Shown: in pieces, positions 39,473 through 49,207 of the stretch
How the letters are laid out: every line of letters begins with the position of its first letter
How positions within the stretch are numbered: position 1 is the stretch's first letter
Source: an uncultured Pelagibacteraceae bacterium
Lineage (GTDB): Bacteria > Pseudomonadota > Alphaproteobacteria > Pelagibacterales > Pelagibacteraceae
DNA length: 64,000 nucleotides
Direction: 5' to 3'
Assembly (NCBI GenBank): GCA_902589155.1
Contig: CACIRV010000001.1
Span: 95,815 to 159,814, forward strand
Made by a program: the position numbers and the translations under genes
The notes under the pieces: model-generated
What the model was told of the DNA's origin: nothing
Databases searched by the model: none
Seen by the model: only the letters and a program-made list of their open reading frames with translations

Positions 39473-39489
39473 ATAAAAAAACTTCAGAA

Positions 39490-40587
39490 ATGATAGTAGG
39501 TTCAATTAAAGAAGACTTGTCGTTAGAAAAAAGAGTTTCAATTACACCTGAGACAGCAAAAAACATAATTAATCTTGGATTAAAAATATGTATTGAAAAT
39601 GATTACGCTTCTCACATAGGAATCAAAGATTCGGAGTACAAAGATGTAGGAGTAGAGATAAAAAATTCATCCAATGAAGTTTTGAATATTTCTAATTTAC
39701 TATTAAAGGTGAACTGTCCCTCAACTGAAGAAATTTCTAATTTAAAGGAAAAAACTATTTTAATTGGGATGTTAAACCCCTCAAAAAATCAGAGTAAATT
39801 TAAAGAGATTTTAAAAAAAAATATTAATATTTTTTCTTTAGAGCTGTTACCACGAATAACACGAGCACAGTCTATGGACGTTCTGTCTTCTCAATCAAAC
39901 TTAGCAGGGTATAGATCAGTTGTTGACAGTATTTATGAGTTTGAAAAGGCAATTCCTATGATGATGACAGCTGCTGGAACAGTTCCTGCTGCAAAAGTTT
40001 TAGTAATCGGTGCTGGAGTGGCTGGACTTCAAGCTATTGCAACAGCAAAAAGATTAGGAGCCATAGTATCTGCTACCGATGTCAGAGCTGCTTCAAAAGA
40101 ACAAGTTGAAAGTTTAGGAGGTAAATTTTTAACTGTAGAAGGCTCAGAAAATTTAGAAACGAAAGGTGGATATGCCAAAGAAGCAAGTGAAGATTTTAAA
40201 AAAAAACAAACAGAAATGATGAGAGATGCTCTTATAAAAAATGATATAGTTATATGCACTGCGTTGGTTCCAGGTAAACCGGCGCCTAGAATTTTAAGTG
40301 AAGAGCTGGTAAAACGCATGAGACCAGGATCAATTGTCTATGATCTTGCTGTTGAACAAGGAGGAAATTCAGCTTTTTCAGAAGTGGGTAAGATTAATAC
40401 TGTTAATGGAATTAAAGTTATAGGAGTTAAAAATCTTATGAATAGATTACCTCTAACTGCCTCAAGTCTTTATGCCAAAAATTTATTTAGTTTTATAAGA
40501 AATTTATATAGCAAAGAAAAAAAAGATTTTAATATTAATATGGAAGATGAGATCATTCAAAAGACTTTAATCAAGGAGGTTAAGTAA
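39490..40587 (+). CDS. pntAA: NAD(P) transhydrogenase alpha, part 1
   Basis: EKRV, PRITRAQSMDVLSSQ, GAGVAGLQA, GGYAK. Confidence 0.95.
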   Translation: MIVGSIKEDLSLEKRVSITPETAKNIINLGLKICIENDYASHIGIKDSEYKDVGVEIKNSSNEVLNISNLLLKVNCPSTEEISNLKEKTILIGMLNPSKNQSKFKEILKKNINIFSLELLPRITRAQSMDVLSSQSNLAGYRSVVDSIYEFEKAIPMMMTAAGTVPAAKVLVIGAGVAGLQAIATAKRLGAIVSATDVRAASKEQVESLGGKFLTVEGSENLETKGGYAKEASEDFKKKQTEMMRDALIKNDIVICTALVPGKPAPRILSEELVKRMRPGSIVYDLAVEQGGNSAFSEVGKINTVNGIKVIGVKNLMNRLPLTASSLYAKNLFSFIRNLYSKEKKDFNINMEDEIIQKTLIKEVK

Positions 40588-40898
40588 TGGAAATAGATCC
40601 GTTTATTTTTAGATTAAGTATATTTATATTATCAATCTTTATTGGATATTATGTTGTTTGGAGTGTAACCCCTTCTTTGCATACTCCTTTAATGTCAGTA
40701 ACCAATGCAATTTCTTCCGTAATTATAGTCGGAGCAATTATTGCGGCATTAGCAGGATCATCAAATAATACTTTTGATACATCAAGTATTTTTGGATTTC
40801 TAGCAATTATTTTAGCTGCAGTAAATATTTTTGGAGGTTTTTTAGTTACCCAACGAATGCTGCAAATGTACAAAAAAAAAAAAAATAATAAAAAATGA
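40587..40898 (+). CDS. pntAB: NAD(P) transhydrogenase alpha, part 2
   Basis: VTPSLHTPLMSVTNAIS, NIFGGFLVTQRML. Confidence 0.95.
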   Translation: MEIDPFIFRLSIFILSIFIGYYVVWSVTPSLHTPLMSVTNAISSVIIVGAIIAALAGSSNNTFDTSSIFGFLAIILAAVNIFGGFLVTQRMLQMYKKKKNNKK

Positions 40899-42298
40899 TA
40901 TCAGCGAATTTATCAGCAATATTTTATCTAATATCAGGAATACTATTTATTCTTGCCTTAAGAGGCTTATCTTCACCAGATACATCTAGGCAAGGTAATT
41001 ATTTTGGAATCATAGGAATGGTAATTGCTATAGCAGTAACATTTTTATCAATAGGTAATTTTTCTACTTCTATTGTTTATGTGTTTTTACTTTTAATTGT
41101 AGGAGGAGCAGTGGGCTCATTCATCGCATTTAGAATACCAATGACCGCAATGCCTGAATTAGTTGCTGGTTTTCACAGTCTAGTTGGTCTTGCTGCAGTT
41201 TTTGTTGCAATAGCAGCCTTTTTAAATCCCTCTGCTTTTAACCTTGGCTCAGTAGGAGATATTAAATTAGCAAGTTTAATCGAAATGTCGATAGGAGCAG
41301 CTGTTGGAGCTATAACTTTTTCAGGATCAATAATAGCTTTTTTAAAACTTAGAGGAATTATGTCCGGCGCTCCAATTACATTTACTGGACAACATTACCT
41401 AAATCTAATTTTGGGTATTACTATTTTTGTATTAGTATTTTATTTGTGTAAATCTCAATCTGAGAGTTTTTTCTGGACTGTAATTGCTATTTCTTTTTTT
41501 GTTGGAGTTTTATTAATTATTCCAATTGGAGGTGCGGATATGCCAGTTGTTATATCTATGCTTAATTCTTATTCAGGATGGGCAGCAGCTGGAATAGGCT
41601 TTACTTTAGAAAATACCGCGTTAATAATTACAGGAGCTCTTGTGGGTTCTTCGGGAGCAATTCTTTCTTACATCATGTGCAAAGCTATGAACAGATCTTT
41701 CATAAGTGTTATTCTAGGAGGATTTGGTGCGGATAATTCTTCGAGCAACACAAAAGATAAGCAAGATCAAAAACCTGTTAAAAGTGGAAACGCAGAAGAT
41801 GCAGCTTTTTTAATGAAGAACGCATCTTCAGTTATAATTGTTCCAGGTTATGGAATGGCTGTAGCTCAAGCACAACACGCTTTGAGAGAAATGGTAGATA
41901 AGTTAAAAAAAAATGATATTAAAGTAACCTATGCGATCCATCCTGTGGCCGGAAGAATGCCTGGCCATATGAATGTATTATTAGCTGAAGCAAACGTTCC
42001 TTACGATGAAGTTTTTGAATTAGAAGATATAAACAATGATTTTGCTAATTCAGATGTAGCATTTGTTATTGGAGCCAATGATGTAACAAATCCAGTTGCA
42101 AAAACTGATCCAAAAAGCCCTATATTTGGAATGCCTGTGCTTGATGTGGAAAAATGTAAATCTGTATTATTTGTGAAAAGAAGTTTATCACCAGGATACG
42201 CAGGTATAGATAATGAATTATTTTACAGAGATAATACTTTAATGTTATTTGCTGATGCAAAAAAAATGACGGAAGATATTGTAAAAAATTTAGATTAA
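40895..42298 (+). CDS. pntB: NAD(P) transhydrogenase beta
   Basis: MPELVA, GGADMPVV, PGYGMAVAQAQ, HPVAGRMPGHMN. Confidence 0.96.
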   Translation: MISANLSAIFYLISGILFILALRGLSSPDTSRQGNYFGIIGMVIAIAVTFLSIGNFSTSIVYVFLLLIVGGAVGSFIAFRIPMTAMPELVAGFHSLVGLAAVFVAIAAFLNPSAFNLGSVGDIKLASLIEMSIGAAVGAITFSGSIIAFLKLRGIMSGAPITFTGQHYLNLILGITIFVLVFYLCKSQSESFFWTVIAISFFVGVLLIIPIGGADMPVVISMLNSYSGWAAAGIGFTLENTALIITGALVGSSGAILSYIMCKAMNRSFISVILGGFGADNSSSNTKDKQDQKPVKSGNAEDAAFLMKNASSVIIVPGYGMAVAQAQHALREMVDKLKKNDIKVTYAIHPVAGRMPGHMNVLLAEANVPYDEVFELEDINNDFANSDVAFVIGANDVTNPVAKTDPKSPIFGMPVLDVEKCKSVLFVKRSLSPGYAGIDNELFYRDNTLMLFADAKKMTEDIVKNLD

Positions 42299-42996
42299 TG
42301 AAAACAAAAATATTTTGTGACAGTGCTGACTATAAGATTATTAAATTTTTTAATAATAAAAATTTAGTTGATGGTTTTACAACTAATCCAAGTTTAATGA
42401 GGCTTTCAGGAGCTAAAAATTATAAAGATTATTCATTAAAAATTTTAAAAATTTGTAAAAAAAAACCTATTTCATTCGAGGTTTTCGCAGACAATCCCAA
42501 AGAAATGCTTAAACAAGCATATAGAATTAATAAATGGGGTAAGAATGTTTTTGTTAAAATACCAGTTGTTAATTCAAAAGGATTTTTTATGGGATCAGTA
42601 ATTAGAGAATTAAGCAGGAAAGATATAAAATTAAATATAACAGCTGTGTATACTTATGAGCAAACACTAAAAATTTTTAAGTGTTTAAATAAAAAAACAA
42701 AATCAATAATATCTATATTTGCAGGCAGAATGGCGGATAAAGGTAAAGACCCGCTTCCAATATTTAAAAAAAGTATCGCCTTAACAAAAAAATATAAAAA
42801 TATTGAAATTCTTTGGGCAAGTACAAGAGAAGCTTATAATTTTATTCAAGCCAAACAATTGAGATGCAATATTATAACTATGCCTCCAAAAGTGATTAAT
42901 CAAATTAGTTCGTTTGGCAAAAGCTATAAAGCTTTAACTCTTGATACGGTAAAAGGTTTTTTGACAGATAGTAAAAAATCTAAATTTAAAATTTAA
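42298..42996 (+). CDS. tal: Transaldolase-family protein (short type)
   Basis: GFTTNPSL, VKIP (Schiff-base Lys), FAGR, LWASTRE. Confidence 0.85.
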   Translation: MKTKIFCDSADYKIIKFFNNKNLVDGFTTNPSLMRLSGAKNYKDYSLKILKICKKKPISFEVFADNPKEMLKQAYRINKWGKNVFVKIPVVNSKGFFMGSVIRELSRKDIKLNITAVYTYEQTLKIFKCLNKKTKSIISIFAGRMADKGKDPLPIFKKSIALTKKYKNIEILWASTREAYNFIQAKQLRCNIITMPPKVINQISSFGKSYKALTLDTVKGFLTDSKKSKFKI

Positions 42997-44810
42997 GACG
43001 CTCTTGAACGTCTTTTTCTTTCGTGAGGATCTAAAATTAACTTTCTTAATCTGCAGGACTTTGGAGTAATTTCAAGCGCTTCATCAGTGTTAAGCATACC
43101 TAGTTGTTCTGCAATTGCCATTTTTCTTACCGGAGTTAAAACAACATTTTCATCTGTTCCTTGCGTTCTCATATTAGTAAGTTTTTTTCCTTTCATGACA
43201 TTTATTTCTAGATCTCCACTTTTAGAGGCTAAACCAACAATCATACCTTCATAGATTGGATCATTATGAGTTACAAACATTTCTCCTCTTGCCTGGAGAT
43301 TAAATATTGCGAAAGCAACAGCTTTCCCATTTTCTATAGAAATCAAAGCACCATTTCTTCTTCCCTCCATATCTCCGGTGTATTTACCGTAAGAGTTAAA
43401 AATTCTATTTATCACTCCTGTACCTTTGGTTAAAGTTAAGAATCTACTTGTATAACCCATTAATCCTCTGGTTGGAGCGTGAAAGATTAATCTTTTTTTA
43501 TTTTTACCAGTATCTTTTAATTCAATTAATTTGCCTTTTCTTCTATTCATCGAGTCAATTATTTTGGAAGAGAATTCCTCATCTAAATCCATTGTAACTT
43601 CTTCTATTGGCTCAAGTTTATTTCCTTCTTCATCTTTTTGAAATAAGACTTTTGGAGGACTTACAGTCATTTCAAATCCTTCTCTTCTCATTTGAGTGAG
43701 TAAAATTTCTAGCATTAATTCTCCACGTCCACTTATTATAAATGCATCTTTATTTTCATTTTCATCAAAAGATATCCCAACATTATTTTCTGCTTCTAAA
43801 ATCAACCTTTCTCTTATTTGGGTACTAGTTAATTTTTTACCTTCTGTTCCTGCAAGAGGTGAACTATTAACTGTAATAGTTATAGACATTGTAGGAGGGT
43901 CAATTGGAGTTGCGTCTATAGGTTTATTTATATTTAGATCACAAATAGTATCCGCAACATTTGCTTTTTCTAAACCAGCTATTATAACAATATCTCCTGC
44001 TTCCCCTATTTCAATGGGCACTTTCTTTGTTCCCTCATATCTAAAAATTTTTGTTAATCTTCCTTCATCAACTTTTTCCCCTTTAAGATTAATCGCCTTA
44101 ATTTGTTGATTTGCTCTCGCTGTTCCTTGTGCGATTTTACCAATCAGACTTCTACCTAAAAAACTGTCGGCATAAAGTAACGTGGATAGCATTGCAAAAG
44201 GTTTTGTTTTATCTAATGAAGCAGGATTCACTTTTTCATTAATCAAATCCAATAAAGGATGTAAATTTTCTCTCGGTCCGTCTATTTCTTTACAGGCCCA
44301 TCCAGATCTACCACTCGCATACAATACAGGAAAATCCAACTGTTCTTCATTAGCATCTAAGCTAACAAATAAATCAAATGTTTCATCTAAAACCTCATTA
44401 GCTCTTTGATCAGATTTATCTAATTTATTTATAATCACTATAGGCTTTAAACCTTGTTTTAGAGCCTTAGCTAAAACAAATTTTGTTTGAGGCATCACTC
44501 CTTCAGCAGAGTCAATTAATAACAAAGCTCCATCTGCCATATGCAAAACTCTCTCCACTTCTGCAGCAAAATCTCTGTGACCTGGTGTATCTATAATATT
44601 TATCCTAGAATTTTTCCAATTTATTGAGGTTGGTTTTGCTAAAATTGTAATACCTCTTTCTTTTTCAAGCTCACCTGAGTCCATAAGCCTTTCTTCAACA
44701 ACTTCGTTGTCTCTAAATAAGCCGCTTTGTTTCATTAAATTATCAATCAAAGTTGTTTTACCATGATCGACATGTGCAATGATTGTGATGTTTCTAATTG
44801 TGTTGGTCAT
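42993..44810 (-). CDS. typA: Translational GTPase TypA/BipA
   Basis: AHVDHGKTT, ERGITILAK, DTPGH, NKLD, GRGEL. Confidence 0.96.
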   Translation of the reverse strand: MTNTIRNITIIAHVDHGKTTLIDNLMKQSGLFRDNEVVEERLMDSGELEKERGITILAKPTSINWKNSRINIIDTPGHRDFAAEVERVLHMADGALLLIDSAEGVMPQTKFVLAKALKQGLKPIVIINKLDKSDQRANEVLDETFDLFVSLDANEEQLDFPVLYASGRSGWACKEIDGPRENLHPLLDLINEKVNPASLDKTKPFAMLSTLLYADSFLGRSLIGKIAQGTARANQQIKAINLKGEKVDEGRLTKIFRYEGTKKVPIEIGEAGDIVIIAGLEKANVADTICDLNINKPIDATPIDPPTMSITITVNSSPLAGTEGKKLTSTQIRERLILEAENNVGISFDENENKDAFIISGRGELMLEILLTQMRREGFEMTVSPPKVLFQKDEEGNKLEPIEEVTMDLDEEFSSKIIDSMNRRKGKLIELKDTGKNKKRLIFHAPTRGLMGYTSRFLTLTKGTGVINRIFNSYGKYTGDMEGRRNGALISIENGKAVAFAIFNLQARGEMFVTHNDPIYEGMIVGLASKSGDLEINVMKGKKLTNMRTQGTDENVVLTPVRKMAIAEQLGMLNTDEALEITPKSCRLRKLILDPHERKRRSRAS

Positions 44811-44815
44811 TATTT

Positions 44816-44892
<77 letters not shown>

Positions 44893-44896
44893 TTAA

Positions 44897-45100
44897 TTAA
44901 AATTTTTTAATATTTATTGCTTGGAGTTTATTTTTTTCTTCTTTTATATCGAATTTTATTTTTTGCTCTTCTTTTAAAACTCTTAATTTAGACTCTTCTA
45001 AAGCTGAAACATGTAAAAAAATATCTTTATTCGTTTCATCTTCAGTAATAAATCCATATCCTTTTTTGGCGTTAAACCATTTAATTTTCCCCGATGGCAT
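44897..45100 (-). CDS. cspA: Cold-shock protein (start moved to ATG 45100)
   Basis: GKIKWFNAKKGYGFI, DIFLHVSA; GAGGA SD precedes ATG 45100. Confidence 0.9.
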   Translation of the reverse strand: MPSGKIKWFNAKKGYGFITEDETNKDIFLHVSALEESKLRVLKEEQKIKFDIKEEKNKLQAINIKKF

Positions 45101-45125
45101 TATTAATCCTCTCATTTTATATAAA

Positions 45126-45320
45126 TTAGTACCTGTTTTTTAATTTTTGAAGTTTCTTTAGTCTTTTTATATTTTCAGTTTGAACTCTTTTTTTTCTTTC
45201 CGATGGTTTTTCATATGTGCTCTTCATCTTCATGACTTTGAAAAAACCTTCTTTTTGAAGCTTTCTTTTTAAAATCCTAATTGCTTGTTCAACATTATTA
45301 TCTTTTACGTCTATTTTAAT
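45126..45320 (-). CDS. rpsU: 30S ribosomal protein S21 with ATT start (not in ORF track)
   Basis: (M)KIDVKDNNVEQAIRILKRKLQKEGFFKVMKMKSTYEKPSERKKR...; AGGAGG 5 nt upstream of ATT; in-frame TAA five codons upstream. Confidence 0.92.
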   Translation of the reverse strand: MKIDVKDNNVEQAIRILKRKLQKEGFFKVMKMKSTYEKPSERKKRVQTENIKRLKKLQKLKNRY

Positions 45321-45370
45321 AAAAACCTCCTGTTAATTTTACGTTAGTTATCATCTGCTTCATTAATTGT

Positions 45371-45955
45371 CTATACTGAAGCTGCTTGCGCTTTTTTTTC
45401 TTCTTTAATTTTAGCTTTTTTCTCTCTTTCAACTCTTCTTTTTGCTTTTTCTAGACTTTTTTGAAAAGACTCTTGAGTACAAAGGGCTAAAATTACTGGA
45501 TCTCTAGGCTTAAGATTAGAAAAATTCCAATAACTTCTTTTTCTTATTAATGACACTGTGTTTTTTGTGCTTCCAACTAATTTTGAAATTTGTCCATCTG
45601 TTAACTCAGAAGCATTTTTACATAACCACAAAATAGCATCAGGTCTATCTTGTCTTTTTGATAAAGGTGTATATTTAGGTTTTTTTCTTTCTTTGACTTC
45701 AACCTTATCAACTTTTTTTAATAATTGTAATTCTATTTCAGGATCTTTGGAGCACTTTTCTATTTCTTCTCTTGATAGCTGACCAGCTAAAACTGGATTA
45801 TAAGCTTTAATTCCTTTAGCTACATCTCCATCTGCAATTCCTTTTATTTCAAGTTCATGCAGATTGCAGAATTTTGCTATCTGTTTAAATGTTAATGTTG
45901 TATTTTCTACCAACCAAACAGCAGTAGCTTTTGGCATAAATGGTGCTTCAGACAT
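45371..45955 (-). CDS. DUF1013 family protein (TrcR-like)
   Basis: MPKATAVWLVENTTLTF.QIA.FC.LH.LE, YTPLSKRQDRPDAI.W. Confidence 0.9.
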   Translation of the reverse strand: MSEAPFMPKATAVWLVENTTLTFKQIAKFCNLHELEIKGIADGDVAKGIKAYNPVLAGQLSREEIEKCSKDPEIELQLLKKVDKVEVKERKKPKYTPLSKRQDRPDAILWLCKNASELTDGQISKLVGSTKNTVSLIRKRSYWNFSNLKPRDPVILALCTQESFQKSLEKAKRRVEREKKAKIKEEKKAQAASV

Positions 45956-45957
45956 GT

Positions 45958-46182
45958 TTATTTTTTTGTTCTAAGGTTACTAAATTTTTTATTATATTTA
46001 CTTACCCTACCTTTATCTAGAATCTTTTGAGCACCACCTGTCCAGGCATAATGTGATTTAGGGTCAATATCTAATTTTAAGGTGTCGTTTTCTTTGCCCC
46101 AAGTTGATCTAGTTTCAAACTCACTACCATCAGTCATCATGACTTTAATTTTATGATAATTAGGGTGTACGTTTTTTTTCAT
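45958..46182 (-). CDS. rpmE: 50S ribosomal protein L31, Cys-free type
   Basis: [16 protein letters not shown]...TRST, LDID..SH.AWTGG, GRV. Confidence 0.95.
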   Translation of the reverse strand: MKKNVHPNYHKIKVMMTDGSEFETRSTWGKENDTLKLDIDPKSHYAWTGGAQKILDKGRVSKYNKKFSNLRTKK

Positions 46183-46210
46183 GATGCGAGTTTTATATGA
46201 TTAAAGCTTT

Positions 46211-47014
46211 TTACTCAATATTTTTTTTAATAATTAAATTGCTAAATTCATCATGAATATTTGAATTTGAAGCTAAAATGTTCCTTTTTAAAGGGTCATT
46301 ATTATCTTTTTCAAAAAAATTAACAAAGCCTCCCGCTTCTTTAAGAATAATTACACCAGCAGCAACATCCCAATAACTTAATTCTCTTTGCCAGTAACCA
46401 TCAAATCTTCCACAAGCAACGTAAGCCATGTCTAGAGCTGCACTTCCAAATTTTCTTACAGGTGATAAAATACTATCTGATACTTTAATAAACTCAGAAA
46501 AAATTTCTTTTTTAATTTTACTTGATTGTCTAGGGCCACCAGTCACAAGTAGAGCATCTTTTAATCTTTTTTTATTTGAGACTCTTATTCTTGAATTGTT
46601 TAGATATGCGCCGTTCCCTTTTTCAGCGCAAAACATCTCATTTTTAATAGGATCAAAAATTACACCACACTTAATTTCATTTTCTTCTTCGTAACCTATA
46701 GAAATAGCAAATTGTGGTATACCATTTAAAAAATTTGTAGTTCCATCTATAGGGTCAATTATCCATCTATTATTTTTATTTGATGTATTAATGTTTCCTG
46801 ACTCTTCTGTAATAATCCCATAATCTGAATGGGCTTTTTGCAACTCTTCAATAATTATTTTTTCAGTTCTTTTGTCAGCTGAACTCACAAAATCACCAGG
46901 ACCTTTAGTTGAAACTTGTAGATTTTCTATTTCACCAAAATCTCTTATTAAAGATCTTGATGCCTTCAAACATGCTTTGGTAATAATATTTATTTGAGGA
47001 GAATTTAATCTCAT
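46211..47014 (-). CDS. suhB: Inositol monophosphatase family
   Basis: WIIDPIDGTTNF, GSAALD, WDVAAG. Confidence 0.92.
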   Translation of the reverse strand: MRLNSPQINIITKACLKASRSLIRDFGEIENLQVSTKGPGDFVSSADKRTEKIIIEELQKAHSDYGIITEESGNINTSNKNNRWIIDPIDGTTNFLNGIPQFAISIGYEEENEIKCGVIFDPIKNEMFCAEKGNGAYLNNSRIRVSNKKRLKDALLVTGGPRQSSKIKKEIFSEFIKVSDSILSPVRKFGSAALDMAYVACGRFDGYWQRELSYWDVAAGVIILKEAGGFVNFFEKDNNDPLKRNILASNSNIHDEFSNLIIKKNIE

Positions 47015-47577
47015 TAATTAACTCTCTTTACATATTCCAAGGTACGAGTATCTATTATAATTTTTTCACCACTCTCAATAAAAGGAGGTACATCTATTTT
47101 TATTCCACAATCTAATAACGCAGGTTTATATGAGGAAGAAGCTGTTTGATTTTTTATAGCGGCATCAGTGCTTTCAATAGTGCATTCTATGTTGTTTGGT
47201 AGTTCTATTGAAATAGGTTTTTCTTCCATAAAGGAAATTGTAACTTCAAGATTTTCTTTCAACAACTTCTGTTTTTCCCCAGCTATAGATTTTGAAATCT
47301 CAACTTGTTCAAAAGTTTCATTGTCCATAAAGTGACAGTTTTCTCCATCAATATATAAAAAATTAAATTTTTTTTCATCCACTTCTGCTTTTTCTACTGT
47401 CTCACTAGATCTGAATCTCTCATTTAGTTTTGTACCTTTGATGACACTTTTCAATTCTACTTGATTGAACGCTCCCCCTTTTCCAGGTTTGACATGCTGT
47501 GTTTTTAAAACATTCCAATAATCATTTTTATGTTCAATAATCATTCCTGGTTTTATTTCAATAGCTGTAATTTTCAT
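47014..47577 (-). CDS. efp: Elongation factor P
   Basis: HVKPGKGGAF, KPA, VPPFI, IDTR. Confidence 0.96.
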   Translation of the reverse strand: MKITAIEIKPGMIIEHKNDYWNVLKTQHVKPGKGGAFNQVELKSVIKGTKLNERFRSSETVEKAEVDEKKFNFLYIDGENCHFMDNETFEQVEISKSIAGEKQKLLKENLEVTISFMEEKPISIELPNNIECTIESTDAAIKNQTASSSYKPALLDCGIKIDVPPFIESGEKIIIDTRTLEYVKRVN

Positions 47578-48176
47578 TTAAACTTTCTAATAGCAATTTC
47601 TGGTTTTAATTTTGGGTTATCCCAAATATAACTTGATATTGCAATATATTTAGCTCCACATTTTATAAAATTTTTGTAATTTAAATTGTTAATTCCACCT
47701 ATTGCAATAATTGGTTTTTTTATATTTCTTTTAGCCCATTTTAAAATATTCAAATCTGCTTTTTTTGCGTTAGGTTTTAACTTTGATTTATTAAAAGACC
47801 CAAAGGCTAGGTAGTCAGCTTTATTTTGAACTGCAATTTTAGCCAACGATTTAGAATTATGACAAGTTACACCAATAATTTTGTTTTTAAGTTGTTTTTT
47901 TGCATCTTTTACTGAGCCATCTTTTTGACCTAAATGGCATCCATCAGCATTAATAATTTTAGAGATATTAGGATAATCATTAATTATAAGTTTGACTTTA
48001 AATTTTCTTGTAATTTTTCTAATTTTTTTACCAATTTTTAAGATCTTATTTTTTTTTATTTTTTTTAATCTTAATTGAAAAAATTTGACGTTCTTAACTG
48101 ATAAAACTTTTTTTAAATCATCGTAAAAATCATTATGAATTTTATTTGGAGAAATTAAATATACTAACTTTTTCAA
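47574..48176 (-). CDS. thiE: Thiamine phosphate synthase family
   Basis: QLRLK, IIND, GCHLGQ.D, GVTCH, AIGGI; TTG start. Confidence 0.85.
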   Translation of the reverse strand: MKKLVYLISPNKIHNDFYDDLKKVLSVKNVKFFQLRLKKIKKNKILKIGKKIRKITRKFKVKLIINDYPNISKIINADGCHLGQKDGSVKDAKKQLKNKIIGVTCHNSKSLAKIAVQNKADYLAFGSFNKSKLKPNAKKADLNILKWAKRNIKKPIIAIGGINNLNYKNFIKCGAKYIAISSYIWDNPKLKPEIAIRKFK

Positions 48177-48181
48177 GTTAT

Positions 48182-49198
48182 TTAAGCAGTCGCTTCTTTT
48201 TCTAAATTTTCAGACCATTCTCCTTTTGAAGAAAGTCCATTCATTTTTGCTCTATGGTCAAAAGCTTTTTGAATATTATTTTGATTATTTTGATCTTTGC
48301 CAAATGCTTTTAGAGCACTTGCCTGCAAACCTCTCCCATATGAAAAGGTAATTAAAAAATTCGTATCATTTATTTTATTTATTTCATTTAAATTTTTACT
48401 TGCTTCAATTTCTGATTGGCCACCAGATAAAAAAGCAATACCAGGCACCTCCTTTGGGACATTTTTTTTTAAACAATCTAATGTTTTTTTCGCAATTTCT
48501 TCAGGAGTTGATTTTTTTTTTGATTCAGATCCTGGAATAATCATATTTGGTTTTAAGACCGTCCCTTTCAAGTCCACCTTGTGGGCAGCAAGTTCATTGT
48601 AACATTCATTTAAAACATTAGTTGTTACTTGGTAACACTTATCAATATCATGAGAACCATCCATTAGTACCTCTGGTTCTACTATTGGGACCATTTTTGA
48701 CTCCTGTACTAACGCAGCGTACCTAGCTAGAGCATGAGCATTTGATTTTATCGATTGTGATGACGGAAATTTATCTCCAATTTTATAAACTGCTCTCCAT
48801 TTTGTAAATCTTGCGCCTAATTCATAATATTCTTTTAATCTTTCTCTCAGACCATCTAAGCCCTCTGTTACGGTCTCATCTGGTGATCCAGCAAGAGGCT
48901 TGGCGCCTTTATCAACTTTAATACCTGGAATAGCGTTATTCTTTGAAATTAGTTCAGGAACACTTGGTCCAAGTGTAGTTTTCTGTTTTATAGTTTCATC
49001 AAAAAGAATAACTCCTCCAATATAATTTTTCATAGCTTCAGAACAAAAAAGAGTTTGTCTAAAAACTAATCTATTTTTCTCAGTATTTTCTACATTAATA
49101 CTTTTAAATCTTTTTGCTATTGTGCCTGTGCTTTCATCCGCAGCTAGTATTCCTTTACCTTTAGCACACATTTTTTTAGCGATTTCTTCTAATGTCAT
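48182..49198 (-). CDS. fbaB: Class I fructose-bisphosphate aldolase
   Basis: KGILAADES, GIKVDKG, KWR, VPIVEPE, LKPNM, FLSGGQ, TFSYGR. Confidence 0.95.
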   Translation of the reverse strand: MTLEEIAKKMCAKGKGILAADESTGTIAKRFKSINVENTEKNRLVFRQTLFCSEAMKNYIGGVILFDETIKQKTTLGPSVPELISKNNAIPGIKVDKGAKPLAGSPDETVTEGLDGLRERLKEYYELGARFTKWRAVYKIGDKFPSSQSIKSNAHALARYAALVQESKMVPIVEPEVLMDGSHDIDKCYQVTTNVLNECYNELAAHKVDLKGTVLKPNMIIPGSESKKKSTPEEIAKKTLDCLKKNVPKEVPGIAFLSGGQSEIEASKNLNEINKINDTNFLITFSYGRGLQASALKAFGKDQNNQNNIQKAFDHRAKMNGLSSKGEWSENLEKEATA

Positions 49199-49207
49199 AG
49201 CTGATAT

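Noticed and set aside
39473-39489. Structured RNA upstream of pntA (I recall such a motif being reported in SAR11)
   Set aside because: Only 17 nt separate rpmJ and pntAA here, too short for a stem-loop motif
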